60,875 nt of DNA, taken from positions 1 through 60,875 of the forward strand of contig CAYYWO010000005.1 in NCBI GenBank assembly GCA_964474885.1, read 5' to 3'. The translations under genes were made by a program, and so were the position numbers. The DNA is from Candidatus Hadarchaeota archaeon. GTDB taxonomy: Archaea > Hadarchaeota > Hadarchaeia > Hadarchaeales > JAWBSP01. Under the pieces are notes generated by a model, which saw only the letters and a program-made list of their open reading frames with translations, searched no databases and was not told the origin of the DNA. Shown piece by piece: positions 37,555 through 49,847 of the stretch. Each line of letters begins with the position of its first letter. The stretch's first letter is position 1.

Positions 37555-39972
37555 CTAAATCTGAAGAACCATCCTCATTAACTCGGTTGCGGAGGGCCCA
37601 TGGAACTCAGCCGCGGTGACCATGAGGACGAGTACGCCGACTGTAAATAATAAGAGATCGCAAGATACCCTCATCCCTACAGCTCTTGCCGTGCTAACGC
37701 CCAACCCCCTCGTTTCGATTATCGTCAGTACTGCAGACCAAACCCATGTCACCATCAAAGATGAAATGAGCAGGCGCAGGAGATGGGCCTCAATTACCAG
37801 CGATCCTATGAATGTAGCAGGTAAAAACAGCACGAACGAAGCTGTGCTCCAACCTATCACTTCTAAACAGGCGAAAAGTCCCAATCCCCCTTTGAAAATT
37901 TTACAGAAGAGATAGTAAAGGGCAGAATAGAACACGAGACCGAGCAAGCCCACACATGCAATAAGCAAAGGATTTCTCAACACCCCCATTATCATGAGCG
38001 GCAGCACATCCCAGCCTGGGATCGAAGTCGGGAAAGCCACGGGAAACTCATATAGGATCCAGCCTGCGAGTTTGTAGATGAAAATCGAAACGAAGGAAAT
38101 CATGAGAAGTGCAAAAACCAACGTTCTGGGCACCCCATGCCTAGGCTTCTTGGAGAAAGAGAAGGGCTGAAAAACTATCCGGAATGAATCTACTTCAAGC
38201 CCCTCTTTTCCTTTTTTGGCTCTGAATGCCCCAAACCCTAAGAGCCCGGCGAACGCGACCAAGAGGTAAACCGGTAGCATATCGATCGGGTATACGATCC
38301 TCGCTTCCTCAATCGCAGATTTTAGATCTTGAACATTCTCGCACACTAAATAAACGACCGCATCCGAAACTGGCAGATGCCACTCTCCGTTCACCACTTG
38401 TGGTTCGAGCTCCTTCCCCATCAACCCAAAGATCTTCAAATCAGCTGGCATGCGGGGAACGATAAGTTCCGCCTCAGGAAAAGTGGTCCAGATGGTAACA
38501 CAGCCCCCATTTTCCCCCTCAAACCAATAGCCGTAAACCCTAGAGCTCAGATGAAGTTTTCCTCTGTACTCCAAATTGTCAAGCATCCGGATCAGCGTGG
38601 CATAAGCAACATAGGAGGGCTTGGGAGTAAGATCGTAGAAGAATAACCCTTGGTTATGCTCGAAGTTTTTGGGATCACGTCCGCCGTCTTTAAAGGTGAA
38701 CCAAAAAATCTTATCCAATCCGGCCGCAGCACCGAGGATGAACGTCCGCGGGAGGAATTTCGCTCGCAGTTCCATAGGTGTCCCACTCCAGTTTTGCGGG
38801 ATAGAGAAATCCGTCAAGTTGGTGGGCCAGCCTGTCTCGGTCAACCAAATGTCCTTTTGCTTCGCTTGGTTCTTTTTAGCGTACTCCCTCATTACCTCTT
38901 TGGCACGCCTCACCATCCAAGGGAAATAGAACTCAGGATACATTCCGGGTTGGTAGTGATGAATGCTAGCGACATCCATGTACGGAAATCCACCTTGCTC
39001 GAAGACTTGACGCATGTGTATGAAATCGGTACCGCCCAAGCCCACGATTATACAATCTGGGTCAGCCCTCTTCGCCTCCGTGTAGGCGACCTTTAACAAA
39101 TCCACGTAGTCCTGAACTGTTCCGCCCCTGAAGAAAAGTCCATCGGGGAAAGGCTCGTTCCAAATTTCCCAAGCTGCTACGTTTTCCTTATAGCGCTTGA
39201 CCGTTTCGTACACATACCTTCCCCATTCATCGAGGCATTCCGGTTTGGGCGGGAAGGCATCCCATCCTGCGTGCACACCAACTCCGATCGGCTTGAAGTC
39301 GGGAGGGACATCTGCGGCCCATTCAGGGACAGGGTACCCCAGAATGCCGAGCAACAAAACGTCTTCTTTGTTCGCGTCTTTTACCAACCTATCGGTCGAT
39401 TTCCAATTGAAGATACCTGGTTCCTTCTCGACGCTTTTCCAGCAAATACCAACCCTTGCCCACCTGATCCCAGCCCTTCTCATCAATTCGGGACTTCGGA
39501 GTGAGCAAACTCCAAAAAAGGAATCAAACCGCGTCTCTAACTCGGCCAGATCAGAGGGGATTACTCCAATTCCAACCCTTCTGCACCCAATCTTCTCTCC
39601 ATTTACCTCGAGCGCCACATTCGCCCAATAAAATCCCTCATCGAGTGTGCAAGTGACTTTCAGCAAAGGCTTCTTCTCACCGAAGATGAAAGAAAAGGCA
39701 TTTTCTCCTACGCGATTCCCAAAGAAATCCACGAGCTCGCACCTCAGGGTACCCTTCTTTCCACTTAACCTTGAAGCTTCGTTTTCAGGCACGGAAACGA
39801 TTATCTCCACCCTTTCTCCAGGAGCAAACAAGTTGTGCTCATCGTTGGTCTCAACTTTGATCTCAATCCGATCTGATTCTTCCGCTGACTTTGAATAAGG
39901 TATAAGTCCACCAGCGACCACCAGGAGTATCGCTAATAATGACAAAGAAAAAGCTCGTTTTTGCAACTTCAT
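37555..39972 (-). CDS. Secreted clan GH-A glycoside hydrolase (GH39/GH5-like) with C-terminal membrane (Yip1-like) domain
   Basis: Signal peptide, WEIWNEP acid/base, WLTETGW nucleophile, KIFWF, PKPSYVAY; about 240-aa multi-TM tail. Confidence 0.8.
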   Translation of the reverse strand: MKLQKRAFSLSLLAILLVVAGGLIPYSKSAEESDRIEIKVETNDEHNLFAPGERVEIIVSVPENEASRLSGKKGTLRCELVDFFGNRVGENAFSFIFGEKKPLLKVTCTLDEGFYWANVALEVNGEKIGCRRVGIGVIPSDLAELETRFDSFFGVCSLRSPELMRRAGIRWARVGICWKSVEKEPGIFNWKSTDRLVKDANKEDVLLLGILGYPVPEWAADVPPDFKPIGVGVHAGWDAFPPKPECLDEWGRYVYETVKRYKENVAAWEIWNEPFPDGLFFRGGTVQDYVDLLKVAYTEAKRADPDCIIVGLGGTDFIHMRQVFEQGGFPYMDVASIHHYQPGMYPEFYFPWMVRRAKEVMREYAKKNQAKQKDIWLTETGWPTNLTDFSIPQNWSGTPMELRAKFLPRTFILGAAAGLDKIFWFTFKDGGRDPKNFEHNQGLFFYDLTPKPSYVAYATLIRMLDNLEYRGKLHLSSRVYGYWFEGENGGCVTIWTTFPEAELIVPRMPADLKIFGLMGKELEPQVVNGEWHLPVSDAVVYLVCENVQDLKSAIEEARIVYPIDMLPVYLLVAFAGLLGFGAFRAKKGKEGLEVDSFRIVFQPFSFSKKPRHGVPRTLVFALLMISFVSIFIYKLAGWILYEFPVAFPTSIPGWDVLPLMIMGVLRNPLLIACVGLLGLVFYSALYYLFCKIFKGGLGLFACLEVIGWSTASFVLFLPATFIGSLVIEAHLLRLLISSLMVTWVWSAVLTIIETRGLGVSTARAVGMRVSCDLLLFTVGVLVLMVTAAEFHGPSATELMRMVLQI

Positions 39973-40015
39973 TCCTTTTCACTCATCAAAGCTAAAAGAG
40001 CCACGAATTTCGTAG

Positions 40016-40125
40016 TGCGGGGGGTGGGATTTGAACCCACAACTTTCGGATACCCGCCAACCTGGTGTCTTCAGTTTTGCCCCCCTGGGTGGGTCCGACA
40101 CTCTCCCAGGTTGAGTTACCCCCGC
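40016..40125 (-). tRNA. tRNA-Phe(GAA) with two introns (30/31: 40076-40094; 37/38: 40052-40068)
   Basis: Acceptor GCGGGGG/CCCCCGC-A, D arm ACTC..GAGT, T arm GTGGG-TTCAAAT-CCCAC; removing 19 and 17 nt gives TCGGA-CTGAAGA-TCCGA and a 74-nt tRNA. Confidence 0.85.
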
Positions 40126-40182
40126 TATAATATTCTCCTCCTTCGGAGTAAAAGCTTGATTAATATCTTAATTGTGCTTTTG

Positions 40183-40707
40183 ATGAGAGCCGTCCTCGTG
40201 ATTGACATGCTGAACGAGTTCGTAACTGGAAAGTTCGGATTCGAGGGTGCGCGAGAAATTGTGCCCAGGATAAAGCGAGTGCTTGAATGGGCAAGGAGGG
40301 GGGGTATCCCTATCATTTACGTCTGTGACTCGCACGAGCCTGGCGACCCAGAGCTGAGGGTTTGGGGAGAGCACGCGATGAAGGGGACGGAAGGGGCGAA
40401 GATAGTGCCTGAGCTCTCCCCCTCGCCGGGGGACTTGGTGATCGAGAAGCGTACCTACAGCGCTTTTTTCAGTACCCAGCTGGATCAGCTACTGAAGGAC
40501 AAGAAGATCCAAGAGCTTATCCTCATGGGACTGGTCACAAACATATGCGTCCAGCACACGGCGGCTGATGCCTTCTTCAGGGGGTACAAGATCCGCGTAC
40601 TGACCGACTGCACGGCCAGCCCGGTCAAAGAGGAACACGAGAGAGCGCTGCAGTACATGAAACAGGTCTACGGGGCTGAGCTACTCAGCTCGGAGGAACT
40701 GAGATGA
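40183..40707 (+). CDS. pncA: Nicotinamidase/isochorismatase-family hydrolase
   Basis: VIDMLNEF, DSH, WGEHA, KRTYSAF, TNICVQHT; coupled to pncB. Confidence 0.85.
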   Translation: MRAVLVIDMLNEFVTGKFGFEGAREIVPRIKRVLEWARRGGIPIIYVCDSHEPGDPELRVWGEHAMKGTEGAKIVPELSPSPGDLVIEKRTYSAFFSTQLDQLLKDKKIQELILMGLVTNICVQHTAADAFFRGYKIRVLTDCTASPVKEEHERALQYMKQVYGAELLSSEELR

Positions 40708-41882
40708 GCTTCCACATCGCCTCCCCTGAGGACATCAAGCGGGGTCTGACCACGGACGTTTACTTCACCCGGACAAAAGAAATCTTGGAACGAAAGGGAG
40801 TGAGAGTAAGTGCGCTCGCTGAAGTGACGAGCGGGAGGCTACCTAGGGGCTGGTCTTGGGCCGTCCTCTGTGGGATCGAGGAGGTGGCTAGATTGTTCGA
40901 GGGTCTGCCGGTGGATGTCCGTTGTCTGCCGGAGGGAACCATTTTCACACCGGAGGACGTGAGAGGGGTGCGCATCCCCCTCCTCACCATTCAGGGTACG
41001 TACACAGATTACTGCATCTACGAGACCCCCATGCTCGGCTTCCTCTGCCATGCCTCGGGTGTAGCTACCATGGCCGCGCGGATGAGGAAGGCCGTCGGAG
41101 AAAAGCTCCTGCTGGCCTTCGGGATAAGGAGGGCGCACCCAGCCATCTCCCCCATGCTGGACAGGGCCACCTACATAGGCGGCTTTGATGCTGTCTCCAG
41201 CCTGATAGGGGCCAAGACCATACGCAAAAAGCCCGTGGGCACCATGCCCCACTCCCTGGTCGTTTGCATGGGGGGACAGAGGGAGGCATGGAGGGCTTTC
41301 GATGAGGTGATGCCACCGGATGTGCCCAGAATCGCCCTGGTCGACACCTATTACGATGAGAAGACGGAGGCTATCATGGCCTTAGAGACGCTGGGTGAGC
41401 GACTGGAAGGGATCAGGCTGGACACACCCTCCTCTAGGAGGGGGAACTTCGCCGAGCTCATCAGAGAGGTGAGGTGGGAGCTCGATCTGAGAGGAGGCAA
41501 GCACGTTAAAATCGTGGTCTCGGGAGGCATAGACGACCAAAACATAAAGAAGCTTTCGGATGCAGGGGCGGATGCCTTCGGTGTGGGCACTTCTATAACT
41601 AATGCACCCGTGCTCGATCTCGCCATGGATCTGGTGGAGGTCGAAGGGAGGCCGGTTGCGAAGCGGGGGAAGCTTGGAGGGGCTAAGGAGGTTTACAGGT
41701 GCAGGGAGTGCCTGACCACTCTCGTGCTACCCCAAAAAGAGAGGGCGGACCGGTGCCCTAAGTGCGGGAGGCGGATGGAGCCCCTGTTGAAGCCCCTAGT
41801 TAAGGGGGGGAAGGTGCAGAGGCTCCCTTCCGTTGACGAGATAAGGGGGTACGTGCTAGAGCAACTCAAGAAAGTGCCCTAA
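40704..41882 (+). CDS. pncB: Nicotinate phosphoribosyltransferase
   Basis: TTDVYF, FGIRRAHP, GTMPHS, LVDTY, RLDTPSSRRG, SGG, FGVGT. Confidence 0.92.
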   Translation: MSFHIASPEDIKRGLTTDVYFTRTKEILERKGVRVSALAEVTSGRLPRGWSWAVLCGIEEVARLFEGLPVDVRCLPEGTIFTPEDVRGVRIPLLTIQGTYTDYCIYETPMLGFLCHASGVATMAARMRKAVGEKLLLAFGIRRAHPAISPMLDRATYIGGFDAVSSLIGAKTIRKKPVGTMPHSLVVCMGGQREAWRAFDEVMPPDVPRIALVDTYYDEKTEAIMALETLGERLEGIRLDTPSSRRGNFAELIREVRWELDLRGGKHVKIVVSGGIDDQNIKKLSDAGADAFGVGTSITNAPVLDLAMDLVEVEGRPVAKRGKLGGAKEVYRCRECLTTLVLPQKERADRCPKCGRRMEPLLKPLVKGGKVQRLPSVDEIRGYVLEQLKKVP

Positions 41883-41899
41883 GCTTCAGCACCTCCCAG

Positions 41900-42180
41900 A
41901 CCCAGCGCTCACCCGTTCCGGATAAGCACGCAGATAGGCTCGGAGCCTCTTCCGGTCCACACGCGCTCTGAACCCGCTACCAGCTCAGGTCTCATTTCCC
42001 TGAAATCACGAGGTCGATGAGCGTCTTCTCCACATCACTCACGGGGAAGTGGAACCCTCCCCGCTCCACGTAATCGTACCCGAAGAAATACCGCCTCGAG
42101 ATCCGCCTGACCACCACGTTCTGCCCCATCACGGTCCTCAGCCCGCTCCTACCCTCCTGCACGTGATCACCACTGGTGAG
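41900..42180 (-). pseudogene. Remnant of AbiEi-like (type IV TA antitoxin-like) gene
   Basis: RRISRRYFFGY...VSDVEKTLIDL motif, N-terminus missing, premature stop. Confidence 0.55.
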
Positions 42181-42284
42181 AACCGATGATGTAGAGGGGC
42201 GGCTTAACAACGTGGACGTGATCCCGTACAGTAGACTCAGGAAGGTGGCTCAGGGAAAAGTTCCTGAAATGAGGGTTGCGTTTT

Positions 42285-42318
42285 TAACTAGGGGGGGTTA
42301 GTAACTAAGGGGGGTTAG
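42285..42318 (+). repeat. 17-bp tandem direct repeat at the ATPase start
   Basis: TAACTAGGGGGGGTTAG / TAACTAAGGGGGGTTAG (16/17), each TAAC-N8-GTTA, ending at the TTG start. Confidence 0.9.
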
Positions 42319-43455
42319 TTGTACTTCGACGAGGCACCCAAATGCAGCAGGCACGACTTCTACAACTTCGACCGTGAGCTGAAGCTGCTCATGGACTCGA
42401 TCAGGCAGGGTACAAGACTCATCGTGGTGAAGGGGCTCCGTAGAACCGGGAAGACTTCCCTCGTGCTGACCGCCCTCAGCGAGCTGCACTACCCATATCT
42501 CCTGCTCGACGCGAGGCTTTTCTCGGCGGCCCCAACCGTCCCGCGAGCTGAGCTCCTGAGGGCACTGGAGAGAGGACTGAACGAGTTCCTCCTGAGAGAG
42601 AAGTTCGGTAAGCGCATACTGAATCTGTTCAGGGGGGTTAGAGGAATCGAAGTGGAGTTCCCGCCGCCTAGGGTCAGGATCGCTTGGGAACCACGGCATG
42701 GGACGGATCCGCTGGACGTGATAACCCGTCTGACGGAGCTCGCCCAACAGAGGCAGAGAAGGTTAATTCTAGTTCTCGATGAAGCCCAGGAGCTGCGCAG
42801 GATAGCCGGCTACAACTTCGTTTCGCTGATGGCACACTTGTACGACTACGTGCGCGGCGTCCAGCTGGTGGTGACCGGGTCGCAGGTTGGTGTGCTGGAC
42901 GATTTCATGGGGGCTGAGGATCCCGCCTCCCCGCTCTTTGGCAGGATGCGGGTCGAGATCGAGATGCGCCACTTGAGCAATGAGGAGGCCAAAGAGTTCC
43001 TCACCATAGGAGGGAGGCAGGCTGGACTTGAGATGAAGCGCGAGGTGGTGGAGTACGCCGTGAAGAAGCTGGACGGGATTATAGGGTGGTTAACTTACGT
43101 TGGCGCTCACGCGAGGAGACGCGGGAGGTTCGATGAAAAGGTGGTCGAGCTCGCCTTTAGGGAAGGAGCCAAGCTCGCGGCCCAGGAACTCGAGCACTTC
43201 CTCTCGATCCGCACGGTAGCTAGAAAGCGGTACGTGTGGATCCTGAGACAGGCTGCTAGGAGCGGGAGGTGCAGGTGGATCGAACTCAAGAGAGCCATCG
43301 AGATCCAGGAAGGGAAGAGAATAGCGGATCCCGTCTTCGCTGGGTTGCTCGAAAGCCTGCTGAAAGCAAGCTTCCTCAGGAAGAACGAGGATGGCAGCTA
43401 CTCGGTGACCGACCCGCTGCTCGCGCATGCGCTAAAAACAAACCTGATCCGATGA
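42319..43455 (+). CDS. Archaeal AAA ATPase with C-terminal wHTH
   Basis: YFDEAPK..DFYN, GLRRTGKTS, LDEAQEL, TGSQVG, SPLFGR, LDGIIGWLT, DPLL. Confidence 0.88.
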   Translation: MYFDEAPKCSRHDFYNFDRELKLLMDSIRQGTRLIVVKGLRRTGKTSLVLTALSELHYPYLLLDARLFSAAPTVPRAELLRALERGLNEFLLREKFGKRILNLFRGVRGIEVEFPPPRVRIAWEPRHGTDPLDVITRLTELAQQRQRRLILVLDEAQELRRIAGYNFVSLMAHLYDYVRGVQLVVTGSQVGVLDDFMGAEDPASPLFGRMRVEIEMRHLSNEEAKEFLTIGGRQAGLEMKREVVEYAVKKLDGIIGWLTYVGAHARRRGRFDEKVVELAFREGAKLAAQELEHFLSIRTVARKRYVWILRQAARSGRCRWIELKRAIEIQEGKRIADPVFAGLLESLLKASFLRKNEDGSYSVTDPLLAHALKTNLIR

Positions 43456-43458
43456 GAG

Positions 43459-43482
43459 TGTCTGTTACCATGGTAACAGACA
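43459..43482. repeat. 24-bp palindrome, copy 2 (perfect)
   Basis: TGTCTGTTACCATGGTAACAGACA between two convergent stop codons. Confidence 0.95.
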
Positions 43483-44307
43483 TCAGAGCCTAACCTGCAC
43501 GCCCTTGCGGGCCAAGTAGCTCTTCACCTGCTGCACTGAGAGCTCCCTGTAGTGGAAAACACTTGCGGCCAAGGCAGCGCTGGCCTGTGTGCGTCTGAAG
43601 ACCTCAAGGAAGTGCTCCGGCCTCCCGCAGCCGCCTGAGGCGATCACAGGTATCCTCACCCTCTCGGTCACCGCCCGAGTGAGGGGTATGTCATAGCCCT
43701 CCTTCGTCCCATCCCTGTCCATGCTCGTGAGCAGGATTTCCCCGGCACCCCTGCGCTCAGCCTCCTCCGCCCAGGCTATGGCATCCTTCCCCGTGAACTC
43801 CCTGCCCCCGTAGATGGAGCACTCGTACCAGCAGTACCCCTTCTCCGTTCTGACGAGTACCTTCCCCTCGGCCTCCCGCCTGGACTTGACGTACCTGCGC
43901 TTGGCGTCTATCGCCACCACCACTGCCTGGCTGCCGAACTCCCTAGCGAGTTCCGTTATGAAGCTCGGCCTCTGGATAGCGGCTGTGTTTATGGAGATCT
44001 TGTCGGCCCCGACCAAGAAGACCTTCCTCGCCTCCTCGAGCGTCCTTATGCCTCCCCCCACCGTCAGGGGCACAAAAACCCTCTCGGCCGTCTTCCTCAC
44101 CACCTCCACCATGGTCCCCCTCCTCTCCGCACTCGCGGTTATGTCCAGGAAGACTATCTCATCCGCGCCTTCCCTGTAGTACCTCTCCGCCAGCCTCCAG
44201 GGCACGCCTGCATACCTTATGCGCTTGAACTCCACTCCCTTCACCACCCTCCCCCCGGGCTTCGCCAGATCGCAGTCCAAGCAGGGTATGATCCTCCTGC
44301 AGACCAT
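43483..44307 (-). CDS. hisF: Imidazole glycerol phosphate synthase cyclase subunit
   Basis: [45 protein letters not shown]. Confidence 0.96.
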   Translation of the reverse strand: MVCRRIIPCLDCDLAKPGGRVVKGVEFKRIRYAGVPWRLAERYYREGADEIVFLDITASAERRGTMVEVVRKTAERVFVPLTVGGGIRTLEEARKVFLVGADKISINTAAIQRPSFITELAREFGSQAVVVAIDAKRRYVKSRREAEGKVLVRTEKGYCWYECSIYGGREFTGKDAIAWAEEAERRGAGEILLTSMDRDGTKEGYDIPLTRAVTERVRIPVIASGGCGRPEHFLEVFRRTQASAALAASVFHYRELSVQQVKSYLARKGVQVRL

Positions 44308-47051
<2,744 letters not shown>

Positions 47052-47062
<11 letters not shown>

Positions 47063-47447
47063 GAGCCTCTTCGCCCTTCAGGAGCTCTTCCACTGGCTTC
47101 TGCCCCCTCCTGACGATTTTGGTGTTCACCTGTACTATCGCCTCAGAAATCGTGTTCCCTCTGACTTTCTTCCTGCGCCTCTCCCCTCTCCGCTTAGGTC
47201 TGAAACCGGGACCGCTTGCCAGCAGGACATCATGCCTCCCGGGACCAGAGATGTCAGGCCTCATCGGAAAACCATCCTTATCCGTTCCGCCCGTCACCTG
47301 TAGCTCATAACCCGGCAGGCCCACTACTCCACCATCAAATGTGTCCCCTATTTTGAGGCCTACTAGCCTGCGCGCCTGCGGATCCTTAACTTCAACCTTG
47401 TAGGTCTTGCCCGTCTCTGGATCGGATATGTTCACCTTGAACACCAT
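47052..47447 (-). CDS. rps6e: 30S ribosomal protein eS6
   Basis: KVNISDP, TGGTDKDGFPM, GERRRKKVRG. Confidence 0.97.
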
Positions 47448-47483
47448 TCAGTATCAACTCAAACAAAATTTTATCCGAAGATT

Positions 47484-47507
47484 TGTCTGTTACCATAGTA
47501 ACAGACA
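47484..47507. repeat. 24-bp palindrome, copy 3
   Basis: TGTCTGTTACCATAGTAACAGACA, the exact reverse complement of copy 1. Confidence 0.95.
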
Positions 47508-47537
47508 CCTGTTCATGCCAGAGTTTGCGTGTGCGGA

Positions 47538-48022
47538 ATGAAAAATGCGGATCCACGAGTTCTCTTCCTCTCTGCATGCGCCGTCCTGCTGTTCTCCATG
47601 TTGTCCTACATAGTTGTCCAGAAGTTAATTCCCTTTGAGGGACTCTAGGTGAGGAGATTCAGGGTAGACTAAGCCCCTTTCCTAGAGGAACTCGTAAAGC
47701 TGCTCGGCCTGTTGTTCTCGTGCTCTTCGTCGCACCTAGAGTACGACTGTGTCAGCTGGATTTCTCGAACCTACTACATCGCAGGGTACCTGCGGTTTTG
47801 TCTTGTTTAAGAACATGCTCCGCTATAAAACTTTTTCATGTCTTAGATCTTGACCCATTTTCCCACGCTTTTAAGACGGGCTTGGTGGTATCGGTCTGTA
47901 CTACCTGCTGCAAGGAAACAGAAGAAACGCAATTGTCTGTACCTCATGGCGTTTTCCTCCAACCTCTTTTGGAACAACCTCGCAAGTCTCGCTTTGCTGG
48001 CACCCTCAGTCTCTCCAGCTAG
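47538..48022 (+). pseudogene. Degraded PrsW-family intramembrane metalloprotease
   Basis: Fragments APFLEELVKLLG, PFSHAFKTG, YLMAFSSNLFWNN across frames with stops. Confidence 0.55.
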
Positions 48023-48054
48023 CGGTAGGCATCTTTCTTCTTTCGCCTGCTCCC

Positions 48055-49830
48055 TCAGAAAAGCATGGGTTCTCCCTTGCGCTTTATCTGAACTATTTCA
48101 TCGAGTACCTGAAGCGAGTCTGAAGTCAGCAATGGAGCTAACTCCCCCTTGAGCTGGCTGGCCTGACTCAGGGGGACGTCAGAGAAGAGAATGGAGCCCT
48201 CAAACATGTTCCTCCCCACCACACCCTCGTCCACCGAGATGGCTACCTCCTGCCCCGCTGTCGCCTGTGGAAGAGGTCTCCGTTCACTCTGGATCTCCAT
48301 CACCTTCCCCACAGGCTTCCCCTCTGAGGTCATGAGGGGTGTCTTCGGTCTAAGCATGCCACCTAGCACCTCCACACCCACGATGGCAGGTGAGCTGCGC
48401 CTGAAGACGTAACCGGGCTTGATCCTGAGCTTGGCGGGGAGAACGACGTTCTCCAGCTTCTTCCTTCTCAACTGCTCCCACCTGTTCTTCCTCCATCCCT
48501 CCAGCTCCTCGATCAGCTTGTAGATGATGGAGTTCTGCAGGATGTCCACCCCTAGCCTTTCCGCCTCCTCCCTCGCGTCCGGCAGGACCTTGACGTTAAA
48601 AGCCAGAACCACCCCTAAAGTCGGATCGTTCTGGGCAACAGCCGCCGCCTCCATGACATCTCTCTTGGAAACGTCCCCAACATCCGCCCTCCTTATGGGT
48701 ATCTTCTTTCTGCCCAGCATCCCCTCCAGTGCCTCCAAAGACCCAAGGGCATCCGTCTTCAGAACCACCCCGTTTATCTGAGACTCGATGCGGAGCCTCG
48801 AGAGCTCTGCTTGCATTTCCTTCCACAGCTCTTCGGCCTCCCTATCAGAGGCTATACCCCAGAAGGGAGCTCCAGCCACCGCCCCCTCCAAGCCAGAGGC
48901 GGCAATCTTTACACCTGCAGCGGGGGTCACCTCCTCGACCTGCTTGAACCTCTTCTCGGGATCCCTTATTTCATCCAGAGGCATGGGCTGGAGAATTGCC
49001 CTGACGGTCGATACTATCACCCGATCCATCCCCCCCACAGCAAACCTGTCTCCCCTGCGGAGACAACCGTCGTATAGAATGACGTCCAGCGTCCTGCCAA
49101 GGCCAACCTCCTCCTTCACCTCAAGAACTGTGCCCCGGGCCGGGCCGGGTTTCACAGCCAACCACTTTTGGAGATAACGTTGTGCAAGGCCCGCCAGTAT
49201 CAAGAGTATCTCAGCTATTCCCTCCCCCGTCTTGGCACTTACGGGAACTATGCTAACTTGCCTCGTGAAATCCGTCACCCTATCAAATCTCTCGGAGTCA
49301 AAACCATGGTGGTAGAGCTCGCCCACGAGTTTGTAAATCCGCTCGTCCAGCCCGGAAACCACATCGGGATGCTGGTAGCTCAGTGCCTCCAAAAAACTGT
49401 AGCTACCCGAGGGCCTCCACCTGGGCAAGAGGTCTATTTTATTGGCAGCAACCATGAAAGGGGTTTTGTACGTCCTCAAGATTTCTATGGACTCTACCGT
49501 TTGAGGCATGACTCCTTCTCTCACGTCCACGACCAGCACGGCCAGATCTGCTAGAGCTCCACCCCTCCTTCTGAGGTTTGTGAAGGCCTCATGCCCCGGT
49601 GTATCTATGAAGAGAAGACCTGGGACGATTAGGCTTATGTTAAACTTCTCCAGCAGGGGACCACAAATCTTTTTTAGAACTTCCGTCGGAATCTCACTGG
49701 CTCCAACATGTTGCGTGATACCCCCAACCTCCCTGCTGGCAACAGAGGTTCCCCTGATCTTATCCAGCAGGGTAGTCTTACCATGATCGACGTGACCGAG
49801 TACCGAAACTATGGGCTGGCGTATCATCAA
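48055..49830 (-). CDS. infB: Translation initiation factor aIF5B (IF-2)
   Basis: RQPIVSVLGHVDHGKT, GGITQHVGA, DTPGHE, NKID, GSLEAL. Confidence 0.97.
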   Translation of the reverse strand: MMIRQPIVSVLGHVDHGKTTLLDKIRGTSVASREVGGITQHVGASEIPTEVLKKICGPLLEKFNISLIVPGLLFIDTPGHEAFTNLRRRGGALADLAVLVVDVREGVMPQTVESIEILRTYKTPFMVAANKIDLLPRWRPSGSYSFLEALSYQHPDVVSGLDERIYKLVGELYHHGFDSERFDRVTDFTRQVSIVPVSAKTGEGIAEILLILAGLAQRYLQKWLAVKPGPARGTVLEVKEEVGLGRTLDVILYDGCLRRGDRFAVGGMDRVIVSTVRAILQPMPLDEIRDPEKRFKQVEEVTPAAGVKIAASGLEGAVAGAPFWGIASDREAEELWKEMQAELSRLRIESQINGVVLKTDALGSLEALEGMLGRKKIPIRRADVGDVSKRDVMEAAAVAQNDPTLGVVLAFNVKVLPDAREEAERLGVDILQNSIIYKLIEELEGWRKNRWEQLRRKKLENVVLPAKLRIKPGYVFRRSSPAIVGVEVLGGMLRPKTPLMTSEGKPVGKVMEIQSERRPLPQATAGQEVAISVDEGVVGRNMFEGSILFSDVPLSQASQLKGELAPLLTSDSLQVLDEIVQIKRKGEPMLF

Positions 49831-49847
49831 AAAACTCTTCGTCTAAA

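Noticed and set aside
40046-40098. Single-intron tRNA-Trp(CCA) or tRNA-Val reading of the intron-containing tRNA
   Set aside because: It would lack U33 and a purine at 37; only the two-intron parse gives a canonical CTGAAGA loop.
39961-40182. 74-aa N-terminal extension of pncA
   Set aside because: It runs antisense through tRNA-Phe; the family start is MRAVLVID at 40183.
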